Notes under the pieces: generated by a model
Databases searched by the model: none
Told to the model about the DNA's origin: nothing
What the model saw: only the letters and a program-made list of their open reading frames with translations
Assembly: GCF_044704955.1 (NCBI RefSeq)
Contig: NC_091984.1
Location: forward strand, 144,212,001 to 144,276,000
From: Pristiophorus japonicus
Taxonomy: Eukaryota
Length of the DNA: 64,000 nucleotides
Reading direction: 5' to 3'
Translations under genes and position numbers: made by a program
Part shown: piece after piece, positions 13,419-27,210 of the stretch
How positions within the stretch are numbered: the stretch's first letter is position 1
How the letters are laid out: every line of letters starts with the position of its first letter

Positions 13419-15216
13419 ATGGCGACCACGAATGGGGCAAGGGATGTGATAAGAGAGAGACTGGTCTCAGGAAAAGAAGCAAAATGGAAGAGGGGATTTC
13501 CTCGCATGTGTTTAAGAGGGTAAATGTGGCTAAGGAGTGGGTACTCGATCTATTGTATGCTGAGCATCCAGAAGATGCTGCAGCTCAATGGACCAAGAGC
13601 AAGGACAATAAAAGGTCGATAGAGAAGGTCATTTGGCTAATTTGCCTTCAGCAACAGATCCGGCTTCTCGATGAGGAGAATGAGAAATTAAAGGAAGTAT
13701 TGAAGCAGGCAGAAGAGAGGTCCAATGCAAGGGCCACAGTCGGGGAAAGGCTGTGAACAGAGGTGGGGCAGTTAAAGGAAAGTAGAGACCTCACTAAAGA
13801 AAGGCACAAAACCCAACTGGACCTTTTACAGTGTCAGATTATTGAAGCCAAGAATAGCGAACTGACGTTGCGAGAAGAGAATTCCTGCCTCACCAAGCAA
13901 GTTAAAGCATACGGGGAGAGGGTGAGAGACATTCAGGTAGCCTATAAGGTAGCCAGTACCAGGGAATTTGAGGCAGGAGACCACGGCCCCTGCCAGCAGC
14001 AGATCCAAAGCTTGAACCTTGCTCTATCCCGGGCGAAAGGCATGGTGTGCCTGATAAACCCGGGTTTGGCCCAGGAACACCTGGTAGTGCAAGCAACCCC
14101 TCAGTCACTGCCTGCAGCTCCCGGGAATGGCCTGGAGCAGCAGGGATGTCAGCCAGAGTGCGGGGCAGGCAAGGATTGCGAACTACCAACACCAGCGGCC
14201 CCGAGTTTTAACTCGGCTTGGCAGCAAGGGGAAGCGGGCGAGCCAATACAAGAAGGACCGGAACCAGGGCCAATGCACCCGGTCCGGCAGCAGAGGTTTG
14301 GCCCGCCTGACACCAATGGGGCAGCAGGACCCCTAGAAAACAGCTTCGTAGTCCCCCATGACCCCCAAAAACTGAGGGCTAAGATAGGCCACCTAAGTAA
14401 GCTCACCCAACAGGGGGATCCCTGGGTCACTTCCTGGAAGTGGAACACACGGGATATTAACGGGTGCGATGATTCGGAGCAGGCAAAGCTGTTGCTGTGC
14501 CATTCCCTCTCTGCAGACAGCAGAAAGGGGCAAAACACGTACGCTACGGTTAAGGCGGAGGTTCTAGAGGCCATGGGTATGAACGACGGGAGTCCTTTCT
14601 CCCGAGTGGAGAAAACAGTGCAGCTTTATGGGGAGACTCCACAGGTTTTCGGCGACAGGTTGTGGCCAGTCTACGAAAGGGCCTGTAGTGGGGTTCTTGA
14701 CCGGGCCCACCTGAACCCTAACGAGCTGGCTCACTGGCTCCGCAGCCTGGTGGCAAACAGCTTACCTGGAGTAAAGGCAAAAGCCGAGGTCTGGTTCGAT
14801 CCAAGAGATCCCAGAACCACCGAGGAGACAGTGGTCAGGCAGTTGACCCTGGCTTACCGGAATGGTGGATGGACAGAGGAGCTCTCCTCTAAAGGGAAGG
14901 TCCATGACACTAAACCCAGCAAGGCAAGAGAGAGTGGCATCAGGAAGGTGGGAACCCTCCCCACAAAGGGGGCGAGTGTTTTGGGTGTGTGAAAAGTGGG
15001 CACTGGAGGAAGGACTGTAGGAATCCCTGGAAAGAGACTAAGGGAAAGGCCACTCCAGCCCCAGCCCCTAAGGCCGGGGCAGGAACACCCGACACATATG
15101 AGACACTCGTAGCCACCCTACAGACACTCATAAACGGACAGGAAGCAGTAGCTATCGCAACCGGTCCAGCAGTCGGTACGGTAAAACCCTCTGCTCCAAC
15201 CCACCCAGATGCATGA
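13419..15216 (+). pseudogene. gag: gag of retrovirus-like element (coiled-coil N-terminus, CCHC knuckle), disrupted
   Basis: Heptad-rich LQQQIRLLDEENEKLKEVLKQAEE...; CFGCVKSGHWRKDC knuckle near 14977-15020; stops and frameshifts; ends TGA followed by CTA. Confidence 0.75.
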
Positions 15217-18200
15217 CTAAGGCCAGTGCAGCCTGTGTACCTGTGTTCCCTAGAGTACGATGCCTGGAAGAGACCGTGCGTTACGATGGAGGTGGAGAAA
15301 GTGAAAGGGACCTACCTGCTAGATACTGGTGCTTCCAGCACCCTTGTATATGCAGATAACCCAGCTACCTCACCTCTATCGAACGGGGTCCCGTACAGTC
15401 TAGTGGGGTTCACAGGCAATGAGCAAACTGGTTCGTTTTCCATCCCGCTCACCATTCAGTTAGGGACACTCAAAACCAAATGGAAGTGTGTCCTGATAAA
15501 ATGGGAGCAGAAGGGAAAAGGGATCCTGGGAGCTGATTTTATCATTTGCCACCAGATCCTAGTGGATCTCAGGAACCACTGTCTATGGGGAGTCATAGGG
15601 ACTGCCAGGGAAGGTGAGGTGACAGTGATCCCAGAAAAAGGGGCCAAGGGAACGTTGTGTAATGAAGCCAAAGGAGGGTTATGACTTGGAATTACTGGTC
15701 AGTAGCACCCCAGTGGAGTACCAGGCATATGTACAGGCACACCTTGCAGCCTTCGCCACCCACAAACATGACTGTGGCAGGGTAACGGGGGTGGAAGTTG
15801 GTATAAAAGGGGACCCCATGACCCGACCACAGATGCAATATAACTTCCCCAGGAAGGCAAAGGCAGACCTGACAACTGCGCTGGGATCACTGGTAGAGCA
15901 AGGGGTGTTAAGACCGATAGCTACCCATGTGAACTCACCACTGTGGCCGGTTAAGAAACCGGACAACTCATGGAGGGCCACCGTGGACTATCGATTACTA
16001 AATAAGAATATCCCTGCCTGTGCACCCACTGTAGCAGCCGTAGCGGATCTCATAGGGAGTATTCCAGCATCCGCGACCACTTTCATGGTGCTGGACATTT
16101 CAAATGGGTTCTGGTCCATTCCTTTAAAACGGGAGGACCAGTACAAGTTCGCCTTTACCTTTAAGGGCCAACAATACACGTGGAACTGTCTTCCCCAAGA
16201 CTTCCACAACAGCCCCAGCATTTTTCACCAATGCATGGCGAACTGTTTAAAGGGCTTTAGCAGACCCCAGCAGTTGATGCAGTATGTGGATGACCTGCTC
16301 CTGTTCACCGATCAGGGGGAGGAGCATGGCCCACTGCTGGCTGAGCTGCTGGAGCTGCTAAAAGAAGAAGGGTTTAAAGTAAACCCCAAGAAGGCACAGA
16401 TCAGCCAGAAGGAATTCAAATTCCTGGGGCTGACTCCGCGCTGGGGAAAGGGCCATAGATAAGGCTAGAAGGGAGGCAGTACAGGAGTTACTAGCCCCAA
16501 CACAGTGACAGGGGTAAGATCCTTTCTAGGGCTCACCGGGTACTGCAGAGACTTCATTGAGGATTATGCAGCCACCGCAGTCCCTCTGCTCAGGCTCCTA
16601 CACAAGGGTGTAGAGTGGTACTGGGATGAGGGTTGCGAGGCAGCATTTAATCAGCTCAAGAAGGACTTGCAGACCACGCCAGCCTTAGGAGCGATAGATG
16701 TAGGAAAGGAGTTTTCCTGGAGGTGGCAGTCAGCGGGGACAGTTTGAGTTCAGTGCTGCTTCAAGAGCGGCACGGCCAGCTGAGACCGGTGGTTTACTCC
16801 TCCAGGATTCTCACAGATGTGGAGAAGGGGTACTCCAACTGTGAGAGACACCTCCTACCCACACATTGGGAAGTGAAAATGTCATGTTTGTAACCTCACA
16901 TAACTGCAACCTTTATGTAACAACATTCTACACTGTATACACCTGAGAAATGCACACCTTGACCACAGGGGGTGAACTTGTGGGAGACACTCCTCACCTG
17001 GTCATCCAGGTATATAAAGGGAGGTCCCACGTAGGGTCATCACTTCTTGGTCCTGTGAATAAAGGTACAGGTCACAGAGTGACCTTGTCTCCAGTATGTG
17101 CCTCGTGTTGATTTTCTGTAATATGTAAGGACACAACATTTGGCGACGAGAAACGGGAATCAACGACTCAAGAGAATGGCCACCGGCAGCACGGAGGAAC
17201 GGTACTGTGTTGGTGAGGACTGGGACGATTTCGTTGAGAGGCTCCAGCAGAGCTTTGTCGCGAAGGACTGGCTGGGAGCGGCAGCGGCTGACAAGCGAAG
17301 GGCACATCTACTGACCAGCTATGGACCTAGGACGTACACGCTGATGAAAGACCTGCTCGCCCCCGAGAAGCCGGTGGACAAAACCTTCGAGAAGCTCAGT
17401 AAACTGATCGGTGAGCACCTCAAACCGGTGAGTAGTATACACATGGCCCGACACCGATTCTATACGCACCGATGTTGGGAAGGGCAGAGCATACCGGACT
17501 TCGTCGCGGACCTTCGGCGCTTGGCCAGCCTCTGTAAGTTCACAGAGCGGGGAGATGTTACGGGATTTCTACATTGAGGGCATTGGTCATGCCGGGATTT
17601 TTAGGAAGCTAATTGAGACCAAGGACTTGACCTTGGAAGCGGCGGCGTTGATGGCTCAAACCATCATGGTGGGCGAGGAGCCAAGATCATATACACGCGC
17701 AACTCTGCTCCCAACGTGGCGATGGAGCAGGGAGTAAACGCGATTCAGGACCCCACAGGAAGGCAAGGGCAATTCAACACCAACCAGGCAGTAAACAGAC
17801 TCTAGAGTGGGTCCACAATAGAGCCAATGGCAGGTTGAACGGACATTTACACCATCACAAGCGACATTACGTCCCGGGATGGGACCACTGACACCTACAA
17901 ACAGATTGCTCAAGAGTAATCAAAGAGACAATCAGAGTGGAATGCCTGGTAACAGCTCTTTTGTTCACAACAATCTCAGCTCAAGCTGGAGGTGCGCGGG
18001 CAGACATGCTGCGAAGACCTGCAGGTTTCAGCAATTTACCTACAGAAATTGAAACTTGAGTGGACATTTAGCCAGGATGTGCAGGAAGCCCGCAGCGAGG
18101 CTGGTTTACGAAGTGGATGAACCACAGAGGGGTCTGCAAGGCAGGGGTATGCCTGGGACACAGCAATGGACGCTGAAGGTCAGCGGGTCCAGGTGGCAAA

Positions 18201-21200
18201 CATCCACAGCTCATACACAAAAACGCCCCCTATGATGATGAGAGTACTGTTAAACAGCATCCCGGTACGCATGCAGCTAGACACAGGGGCCAGCCAATCA
18301 CTTATGAGTGTCCAACAATTCGAGAAACTGTGGCCACTCAGAGCTAGCAGACCCAAACTAAAATGCATTGACACACAATTACGGACGTACACCAAAGAGA
18401 TCATCCCAGTGCTAGGCAGTGCAATGTTGGTGGTCACACATAATGGATCTCAGAACCAGCTGCCACTCTGGATTGTCCCAGGAAATGAAATGGTCCCGCG
18501 CTTTTGGGGAGAAACTGGCTAGCCGAGATGAACTGGAAATGGGGGGGATGTGCATGCCATTTCATCTGTGGAGCGAGGTTCATTCTCACAGGTCCTACAA
18601 AAGTTCGAGTCATTATTTCAACCTGGAGTCGGGACTTTCACAGGCACCAAAGTAGTGATACGCATCACCCCGGACGCCAGACCAGTACACCACAAAGCCA
18701 GAGCTGTGCCGTATGTGATGCGGGAGAAAATTGAGAGTGAGTTGGACAGGTTTCTAAGAGACGGCATGATTTCGCCTGTTGAATTCAGTGACTGGGCAAG
18801 CCCCATCGTCCCTGTTCTAAAAACGGTTGGCTCGGTCAGGATCTGTGCCGACTACAAGGCCACCATCAACCGAGTGTCCCTTCAGGACCAATACCCGCTT
18901 CCGAGAGCGGAGGATCTTTTTGCCACGCTGGCAGGCGGCAAGCTGTTCACCAAGTTGGACCTCACTTCGGCCTACATGACCCAGGAACTGGCCGAAGACT
19001 CCAAGCTAATGACCACCATCACCATGCACAAGGGGCTGTTTGTCTACAACAGGTGTCCATTTGGCATTCGTTCAGCAGCCGCTATCTTTCAAAGGAACAT
19101 GGAAAGCCTGCTCAAATCCATCCCTGGAACAATCGTATTCCAGAACGACATCCTTATCACGGGTCAAGACACCGAGGAACACCTCCACAACCTGGAGGAG
19201 GTGCTATGCTGACTGGACTGCGTAGGCCTGCGACTAAAGAAGTCCAAGTGTGTGTTTTTTGCCCCAGAGGTCGAGTTTTTGGGCAGGTGGGTTGCGGCAG
19301 ACGGGATCTGGCCCACCGATTCCAAAATGGAGGCGATCCGTCGCGCGCCCAGGCCCGGCAACACATCAGAGTTGCGTTCATTTCTGGGACTATTGAACGA
19401 TTTCGGGAACTTTCTACTGAACTTAAGTACATTGTTGGAGCCACTACACGTGCTCCTGCGTTAGGGTTGCGATTGGTTTTGGGGGGACTGTCAGGAACGG
19501 GCTTTCAATCGGGTGCGGAACCTGCTTTGTTCCAATAAGTTATTGACCCTGTACGACCCCTGTAAGAAATTGGTTTTGACATGCGATGCATTATCCTATG
19601 GGGTTGGGTGCGTGTTGCACAGAGGAATGATGAGGGCCGACTCCAACCTGTGGCTTATGCCTCCCAAGCAGAAAGGGCATATGGGATGGTTGAAAAGAAA
19701 GCATTCGCATGTGTCTACGGGGTGAAAAAGATGCACCAGTACCGTTTTAGCAGAAGGTTTGAGTTAGAAATGGACCACAAGCCGTTAACATCCCTGTTGT
19801 CCGACAGCAAAGCTGTCAATGCCAATGCGTCAGCTCGCATACAGCAATGGGCTCTCACGCTGGCTGCATATGACTACACCATACGGCACCGGCCAGGCAC
19901 CAAAAATTGCACTGAGGCGCTCAGCAGGCTTCCACTGGCCACCACTGAGGGGGCAGCGGGGCAAAGCACAGAGATAGTCATGGCTGTCAATGCCTTTGAC
20001 AGTGCAGGCTCCCCCATCACAGCCCACCAGATCAAAACCTGGACGAACAGAGATCCCCTCCTATCCCTGATTAAGAAGTGTGTCCTGACTGGGGATTGGG
20101 CGCTCGCACACGGAGCATGCCCTGAAGAGGTCAAACCATTTCACAGACGGATGGATGAACTCTCCATCCAAGCTGACTGCCTACTATGGGGCAGCTGGGT
20201 AGTCATGCCCCAGAGGGGTTGGGAAGCATTCATCAGGGAACTCCACAGCAAGCACCCAGGCATCGTTCTCATGAAGGCCATTGCCCGGTCACATGTATGG
20301 TAGCTGGGAATTGATGCAGACCTGGAACACTGTGCTCGCAGATGCACGACGTGTGCCCAGCTGGGCAATGCCCCCAGGGAGGCCCCATTCAGCCCGTGGC
20401 CCTGGCCCACCAAGCCATGGTCACGTATTCACGGAGATTACGCTGGCCCGTTCATGGGAAAAATGTTACTCATTTTTGTTGATGCGTACTGGAAATGGAT
20501 CGAGTGCATCATATTGAATTTGTGCACAACATCCGCCACAGTGGAGAGTCTGCATGTGGTCTTTGCGATCCACGACTTGCCGAACATCCTAGTTCGCGAC
20601 AACGGCCCGTGTTTCACTAGCTAAGAATTCCGGGAGCTCATGTCGGGTAATGGCATCAAACACGTCAGGACAGCGCCGTTCAAGCCGGCTTCCAATGGCC
20701 AGGCGGAAGGTGCAGTCCAAATCATAAAGCAAGGCATGTTCCGGATTCAAGGACCCTCCATTCAATACCATCTACAGGTCTGGACCCGCTGGCCTACAGG
20801 TCCCGACCGCACTCGCTCACGGGGGTCCCGCCAGCAGAACTACTGATGAAACCCACACTAAAAACTCGGCTGTCCCTCATTCATCCAGTCTTGTCAGACA
20901 TTGTTGAGGGCAAGCGCCAGGCCCAAAATGAGTGCCATGACCGTAACTCAAAGGGGAGATGGATAGAAATTGATGACCCTGCATTTTTTCTTAATCACGC
21001 TGTGGGGCCCAAGTGGCTCGAGTTTACTATAATTGGTAAAGAGGGGAATAGGGCCATAGTGGTCAGACGCAACAATGGGCAGATATGCCGCAAGCATCTG
21101 GACCAAGTAAAAAAAAGGTTCAGCATGGACACTGAGGAACCTGAGGAAAATCATGAGATGCTGCCCACACCACTGCCAGTGAACGAGCAACAGGAACCGT

Positions 21201-23480
21201 CAGCAGCATGCACAGTCCCTGCGGTCAGCCCAGACAAGCCGGAATCACCACAGGCGACAAAGACGGATGCCAAGGCTCAACAACCAGAGCCCCAACTGCG
21301 GCGCTCCACGAGAGAGCGTCGACCGCCTGAAAGACTCAATCTTTGACCCAAAGACGCTGGAGGGAGGTGATGTCATGTTTGTAACCTTCACATAACTGTA
21401 ACCTTTATGTATCAACACTGCACACTGAATACACCTGAGAAATGCACACCTTGACCACAGGGCTGAACTTGTGGGAGACACTCCTCACCTGGTCATCCAG
21501 GTATATAAAGGGAGGTTCCACGCAGGGTCATCACTTCTTGGTCCTGTGAATAAAGGTACAGGTCACAGAGTGACCTTGTCTCCAGTATGTGCCTCGTGTT
21601 GATTTGCTGTAGTGTGTAAGGACACAACAGAAAAGATCCTTGATCTTCACGGGAAGGTCTCCTCCAACACTCCTAACCCACCACACACCTACTCAGATGC
21701 TCCTAGATGGGAGGATTAAGGACAGGACAGTGAGCAGCCAACCTAGTCTACCCAGGGAAAGCCCACAGGTCCTCCATAGAAGGGGTATGGGAGGTGAACA
21801 TTGGCCATCTGTAGGTTACACCCTACAGGCCGGGACATCTACATGGACAGGTCCAGCACGGTATCTGCTGGCAAACGACTCACAGGGTGCGGAGTCTATG
21901 ACCCAAGGGCAGGTATTGCCCTGGCAATCAAGCTCCCCAGCACCATGAGCACCCAGCTGCTGAACTGTCTGCCATAATGTACGTGGTGACCCACCCCGAG
22001 GAATTCCCTACCCCGTACATGATTTGCTCGGAAAGTATGTTCATCTGCAATTCGTGTACGGAGTACCTGGCTATCTGGTCCCATCGCGGATACACGTCCG
22101 CTGACGGGAGACCCCTGGCAATCAAGACCCTGCTGGAGAAAATCATGACAGCACTGGGGGAAGAGGGAAAGGCCCATTCAAAATCCGAACCCCCTGCAGA
22201 GGGAAACCAACAGGCTGAGAAAGTGGCCAAAGAAGGTGCCCACACGGGAAAGTTCTGGGATGCCCATGACACCGGCCGCATAGCAGCGGTGAGTACAGGG
22301 ATAGCTTTGGCCCCAGACTTAAAAACAGTTCAGGCACAGGACCCGGTCTGAAAGCTGTCCTGAATGCGCTAGCTAGAGGAGAGAGATTTGAAGGTCCGTA
22401 CGGCACAGCAGCCATTACCGTTAAGGAAGGCATGCTGTTTAAAGAGGGACAATGGGTCGTGCCACAGCAGCACCAGAGGGAATTCCTAAAACTGGCCCAT
22501 GAGGGTCCAGGAGTGGGACACCCCAGGCCTGAGACCACCTGGCAATGGGTGGAACAGGCAGGATGGTGGCTGGGACTCAGGGAGGACGTGCGCGAGTTCT
22601 CTATGAACTGCCTGGTGTGTGCTGCGAACAACCCTGACCCCCAGAAAAGGAAGGTGTCCCGAGGACACGTCAGGAGGGTAGAGGGACCATGGCAGTCACA
22701 TCGGGACTACACCGGGCCCCTAACCCACCGCCCAGGGAGGCTACTAATACTGCCTAGTCCTGGTGGACGTGTTCTCAAAATGGGTTGAAGCCTTCCCCTG
22801 CCGAACAGCCACTGCACTAGGGACAGCTAAGATTCTAGTGAGGAAAGTGTTCGCCCAGTGGGGACTCCCACAGTATGTGGAGTCGGACCAGGGGAGTCAT
22901 TTCACCGGGAAGGTAATGCAGGCAACCCTTAAGGTGCTCAGCATTGAGGGGAAATGGCACGCTGCCCACAACCCACAGTCATCAGGTATTGTGGAGCGTT
23001 TAAACCGCACCATTAAAGAAAGGAGATGGGAGACTCACCCGAAAAGTGGACAGAGTCTTATCGTTGGACCAAATGGGGATCCGAGCCAGCCAGTCAAAGA
23101 GCACGGGGTATTCCCCATACGATCATGCCGGATCATGCAGACCCCCACCCATGTCCTAGCCCCGGTGCTCACAGAAGGTCAGCTCAGAGAGGTTTGTCAG
23201 GAACCTGTTTGAACACCTCAAACAGATTCACTGGCAGGCTGCTAGTAACATGGGCAGACAGCATCGGAGTAACCGATTGCTGCTAGAACCCAGCAAACAC
23301 CACGAATGGGAGAAAGGGGACCAGGTCATGGTGAGGAACTATGCTCGGGAAGGGGTTTTTGAAGCATTATATATGGGGCCATACAGCATTGTCGACAAGG
23401 CAAGCCCGATGGTCTATGCCATAAAGCTGCCCCGCCGTACTAAGTGGTTCCACATCAACCAGTGCAAGCTGTACAACCCT
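15217..23480 (+). pseudogene. pol: pol of retrovirus-like element (PR, RT, tether, RNase H, IN), split by a nested Gypsy at 16880-21629
   Basis: LLDTGA; NSPLWPVKKPDNSWRATVDYRLLN, LDISNGFWSIPL, YVDDLL; tether 16500-16879 and 21630-21750; RNase H ~21835-22240; IN HHCC, ESDQGSHF, VERLN, YMGPY. Confidence 0.85.
16880..21629 (+). mobile_element. Full-length Gypsy (Mag/K02A2.6-like) LTR retrotransposon nested in the pol of the larger element
   Basis: 259-bp LTRs 16880-17138 and 21371-21629 (about 14 differences counted by eye); 5-bp TSD GAAAA; PBS TGGCGACGAG (tRNA-Ser-like); PPT; gag EDWDDFVERL, PR LDTGA, RT WASPIVPV/FQNDIL, RH, IN; many stops. Confidence 0.95.
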
Positions 23481-24514
23481 GGGTCAGCCAAGCACAGAGG
23501 GCAGCCGGGAGGGGTGAACCGTCCTCTGGACAGGGACCCTCCCCGACGGCGGAGGGCCCACAGAAAATGTGGCAAGCTGAGAAACCGTGCCCATAGGGGC
23601 GGTGAATTGCACTACTGGGGGGGCTGTCTCACCCATCGTTTGGGATTTGGATGCACTCCCAGTAACCCAAGCCCTGAGAAGGACCCTCCGTACACCACGG
23701 CCAAAGATATCATGGTGTACGGCATCTGAGCCTCAGTGATTCTACCCTAGGAGAAGGGTAGCCCGACAGGGAAGGCCAAAGGTCAGAAGTACAGAGGCCG
23801 CTCAGAGTAGGGACCCCCAGCCAGCCGCCTCCAGCGGTGAGGGTCTCACAGGAGCAGTAGCAACGAGCTTTCCCAGAGACAAGGGTCTCCAGCTCACCGG
23901 CTGCGGGGAAACCTTAGCATCCAGGCGGCTATCAGGCCGCACAAGGCATGGGCCTGACAGGGATTAACCAGGCCACCCGGAGACGGGTGGCGGTTGTACA
24001 TAGCTCTAATATTTAGTTTAAGGTAGCTGACTGCACGTTTTACATTTTAAGTTTAGTTTAGAATTAAGGTTAATGTTGCAGTAATGTTTAGGTGATTGTT
24101 TTGAGTTTGTCTTGTGTGTCAGCCAGCCTGAGAGCAGTTCTCAAGGGCAGGATCCAGACATTATCGGGTGATGGACAAACCTCAGGAGACCAATTGATGT
24201 TGTTTAAGTTTAATCTATGTTCTTCCTTCTGTAATGTGGTTGTACGTTGCCTACATGCTGGTGAATATAATGTAATTGAAATGAAATGTAACTGTGCTGA
24301 AATGCAATTGTAGTGATGGAACCCCCTCCAAGCTGGGAGGGTGTAAATGTAAAAAGTTTGTACCTGTAAAGGGAAAAATGTGTATCGATGGTGATGTTGC
24401 ATAAGTGTAATACATATTTTGGGAACAGTTTAGTTAACCTACGTGGAAGGTTGTCTCTTGGGAGTCAGGAACTTTGCTCAACTAGAAGATGGTATCATAA
24501 GTGGAATGGTATCA

Positions 24515-27210
24515 CATAGAAACATAGAAACATAGAAAATAGGTGCAGGAGTAGGCCATTCGGCCCTTCTAGCCTGCACCGCCATTCAATGAGTTCATGG
24601 CTGAACATGCAACTTCAGTACCCCATTCCTGCTTTCTCAACATACCCCTTGATTCCCCTAGTAGTAAGGACTTCATCGAACTCCTTTTTGAATACATTTA
24701 GTGAATTGGCCTCAACAACTTTCTGTGGTAGAGAATTCCACAGGTTCACCACTCTCTGGGTGAAGAAATTCCTCCTCATCTCGGTCCTAAATGGCTTCCC
24801 CCTTATCCTTAGACTGTGTCCCCTGGTTCTGGACTTTTTCAACATTGGGAACATTCTTCCTGCATCTAACCAGTCTAACCCCGTCAGAATTTTAAACGTT
24901 TCTATGAGGTCCCCTCTCATTCTTCTGAACTCCAGTGAATACAAGCCCAGTTGATCCAGTCTTTCTTGATCGGTCAGTCCGCCATCCCGGGAATCAGTCT
25001 GGTGAACCTTCGCTGCACTCCCTCAATAGCAAGAACGTCCTTCCTCAGGTTAGGAGACCAAAACTGTACACAATACTCCAGGTGTGGCCTCACCAAGGCC
25101 CTGTACAATTGTAGCAACACCTCCCTGCCCCTGTACTCAAATCCCCTCGCTATGAAGGCCAACATGCCATTTGCTTTCTTAACCGCCTGCTGTACCTGCA
25201 TGCCAACCTTCAATGACTGATGTACCATGACACCCAGGTCTCTTTGCACCTCCCCTTTTCCTAATCTGTCACCATTCAGATAATAGTCTGTCTCTCTGTT
25301 TTTACCACCAAAGTGGATAACCTCACATTTATCCACATTCTACTTCATCTGCCATGCATTTGCCCACTCACCTAACCTATCCAAGTCGCTCTGCAGCCTC
25401 ATAGCATCCTCCTTGCAGCTCACACTGCCACCCAACTTAGTGTCATCCGTAAATTTGGAGATACTACATTTAATCCCCTCGTCTAAATCATTAATGTACA
25501 GTGTAAACAGCTGGGGCCCCAGCACAGAACCTTGCGGTACCCCACTAGTCACTGCCTGCCATTCTCAAAAGTCCCCATTTACTCCTACTCTTTGCTTCCT
25601 GTCTGACAACCAGTTCTCAATCCATGTCAGCACACTACCCCCAATCCCATGTGCTTTAACTTTGCACATTAATCTCTTGTGTGGGACCTTGTTGAAAGCC
25701 TTCTAAAAGTCCAAATATACCACATCAACTGGTTCTCCCTTGTCCACTCTACTGGAAACATCCTCAAAAAATTGCAGAAGATTTGTCAAGCATGATTTCC
25801 CTTTCACAAATCCATGCTGACTTGGACCTATCATATTACCTCTTTCCAAATGCACTGCTATGACATCCTTAATAATTGATTCCATCATTTTACCCACTAC
25901 CGACGTCAGGCTGACCGGTCTATAATTCCCTGTTTTCTCTCTCCCTCCTTTTTTAAAAAGTGGGGTTACATTGGCTACCCTCCACTCCATAGGAACTGAT
26001 CCAGAGTCAATGGAATGTTGGAAAATGACTGTCAATGCATCCACTATTTCCAAGGCCACCTCCTTTAGTACTCTGGGATGCAGTCCATCAGGCCCTGGGG
26101 ATTTATCGGCCTTCAATCCCATCAATTTCCCCAACACAATTTCCCGACTAATAAGGATTTCCCTCAGTTCCTCCTCCTTACTAGACCCTCCGACCCCTTT
26201 TATATCCAGAAGGTTGTTTGTGTGCTACTCAGTGAATACCGAACCAAAGTACTTGTTCAATTGGTCCGCCATTTCTTTGTTCCCCGTTATGACTTCCCCT
26301 GATTCTGACTGCAGGGGACCTACGTTTGTCTTTACTAACCTTTTTCTCTTTACATATCTATAGAAACTTTTGCAATCCGTCTTAATGTTCCCTGCAAGCT
26401 TCTTCTCGTACTCCATTTTCCCTGCCCTAATCAAACCCTTTGTCCTCCTCTGCTGAGTTCTAAATTTCTCCCAGTCCCCGGGTTCGCTGCTATTTCTGGC
26501 CAATTTGTATGCCACTTCCTTGGCTTTAATGCTATCCCTGATTTCCCTTGATAGCCACGGTTGAGCCACCTTCCCTTTTTTATTTTTATGACAGACAGGA
26601 ATGTACAATTGTTGTAGTTCATCCATGCGGTCTCTAAATGTCTGCCATTGCCCATCTACAGTCAACCCCTTCAGTATATTTCGCCAATCTATCCTAGCCA
26701 ATTCACGCCTCATACCTTCAAAGTTACCCTTCTTTAAGTTCTGGACCATGGTCTCTGAATTAACTGTTTCATTCTCCATCCTAATGCAGAATTCCACCAT
26801 ATTATGGTCACTCTTCCCCAAGGGGCCTCGCACAACGAGATTGCTAATTAATCCTCTCTCATTACACAACACCCAGTCTAAGATGGCCTCCCCCCTAGTT
26901 GGTTCCTCGACATATTGGTCTAAAAAACCATCCCTTATGCACTCCAGGAAATCCTCCTCTACCGTATTGCTTCCAGTTTGGTTAACCCAATCCATGTGCA
27001 TATTAAAGTCACCCATTATACCTGCTGCACCTTTATTGCACGCACCCCTATTTTCATGTTTGATGCCCTCCCCAACATCACTACTACTGTTTGGAGGTCT
27101 GTACACAACTCCCACTAATGTTTTTTGCCCTTTGGTATTCTGCAGCTCTACCCATATAGATTCCACATCATCCAAACTAATGTCCTTCCGAACTATTGCC
27201 TTAATTTGCT
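24515..27210 (-). mobile_element. Young 5'-truncated CR1-clade LINE inserted just before the 3' LTR of the large element
   Basis: EN-RT ORF pieces 26225-27241, 25703-26137, 24974-25336, 24615-24944; (TTTCTATG)n tail at 24515-24540. Confidence 0.93.

Noticed and set aside
23480-24515. Possible env of the large provirus
   Set aside because: No long ORF, signal peptide, furin site or transmembrane segment recognisable
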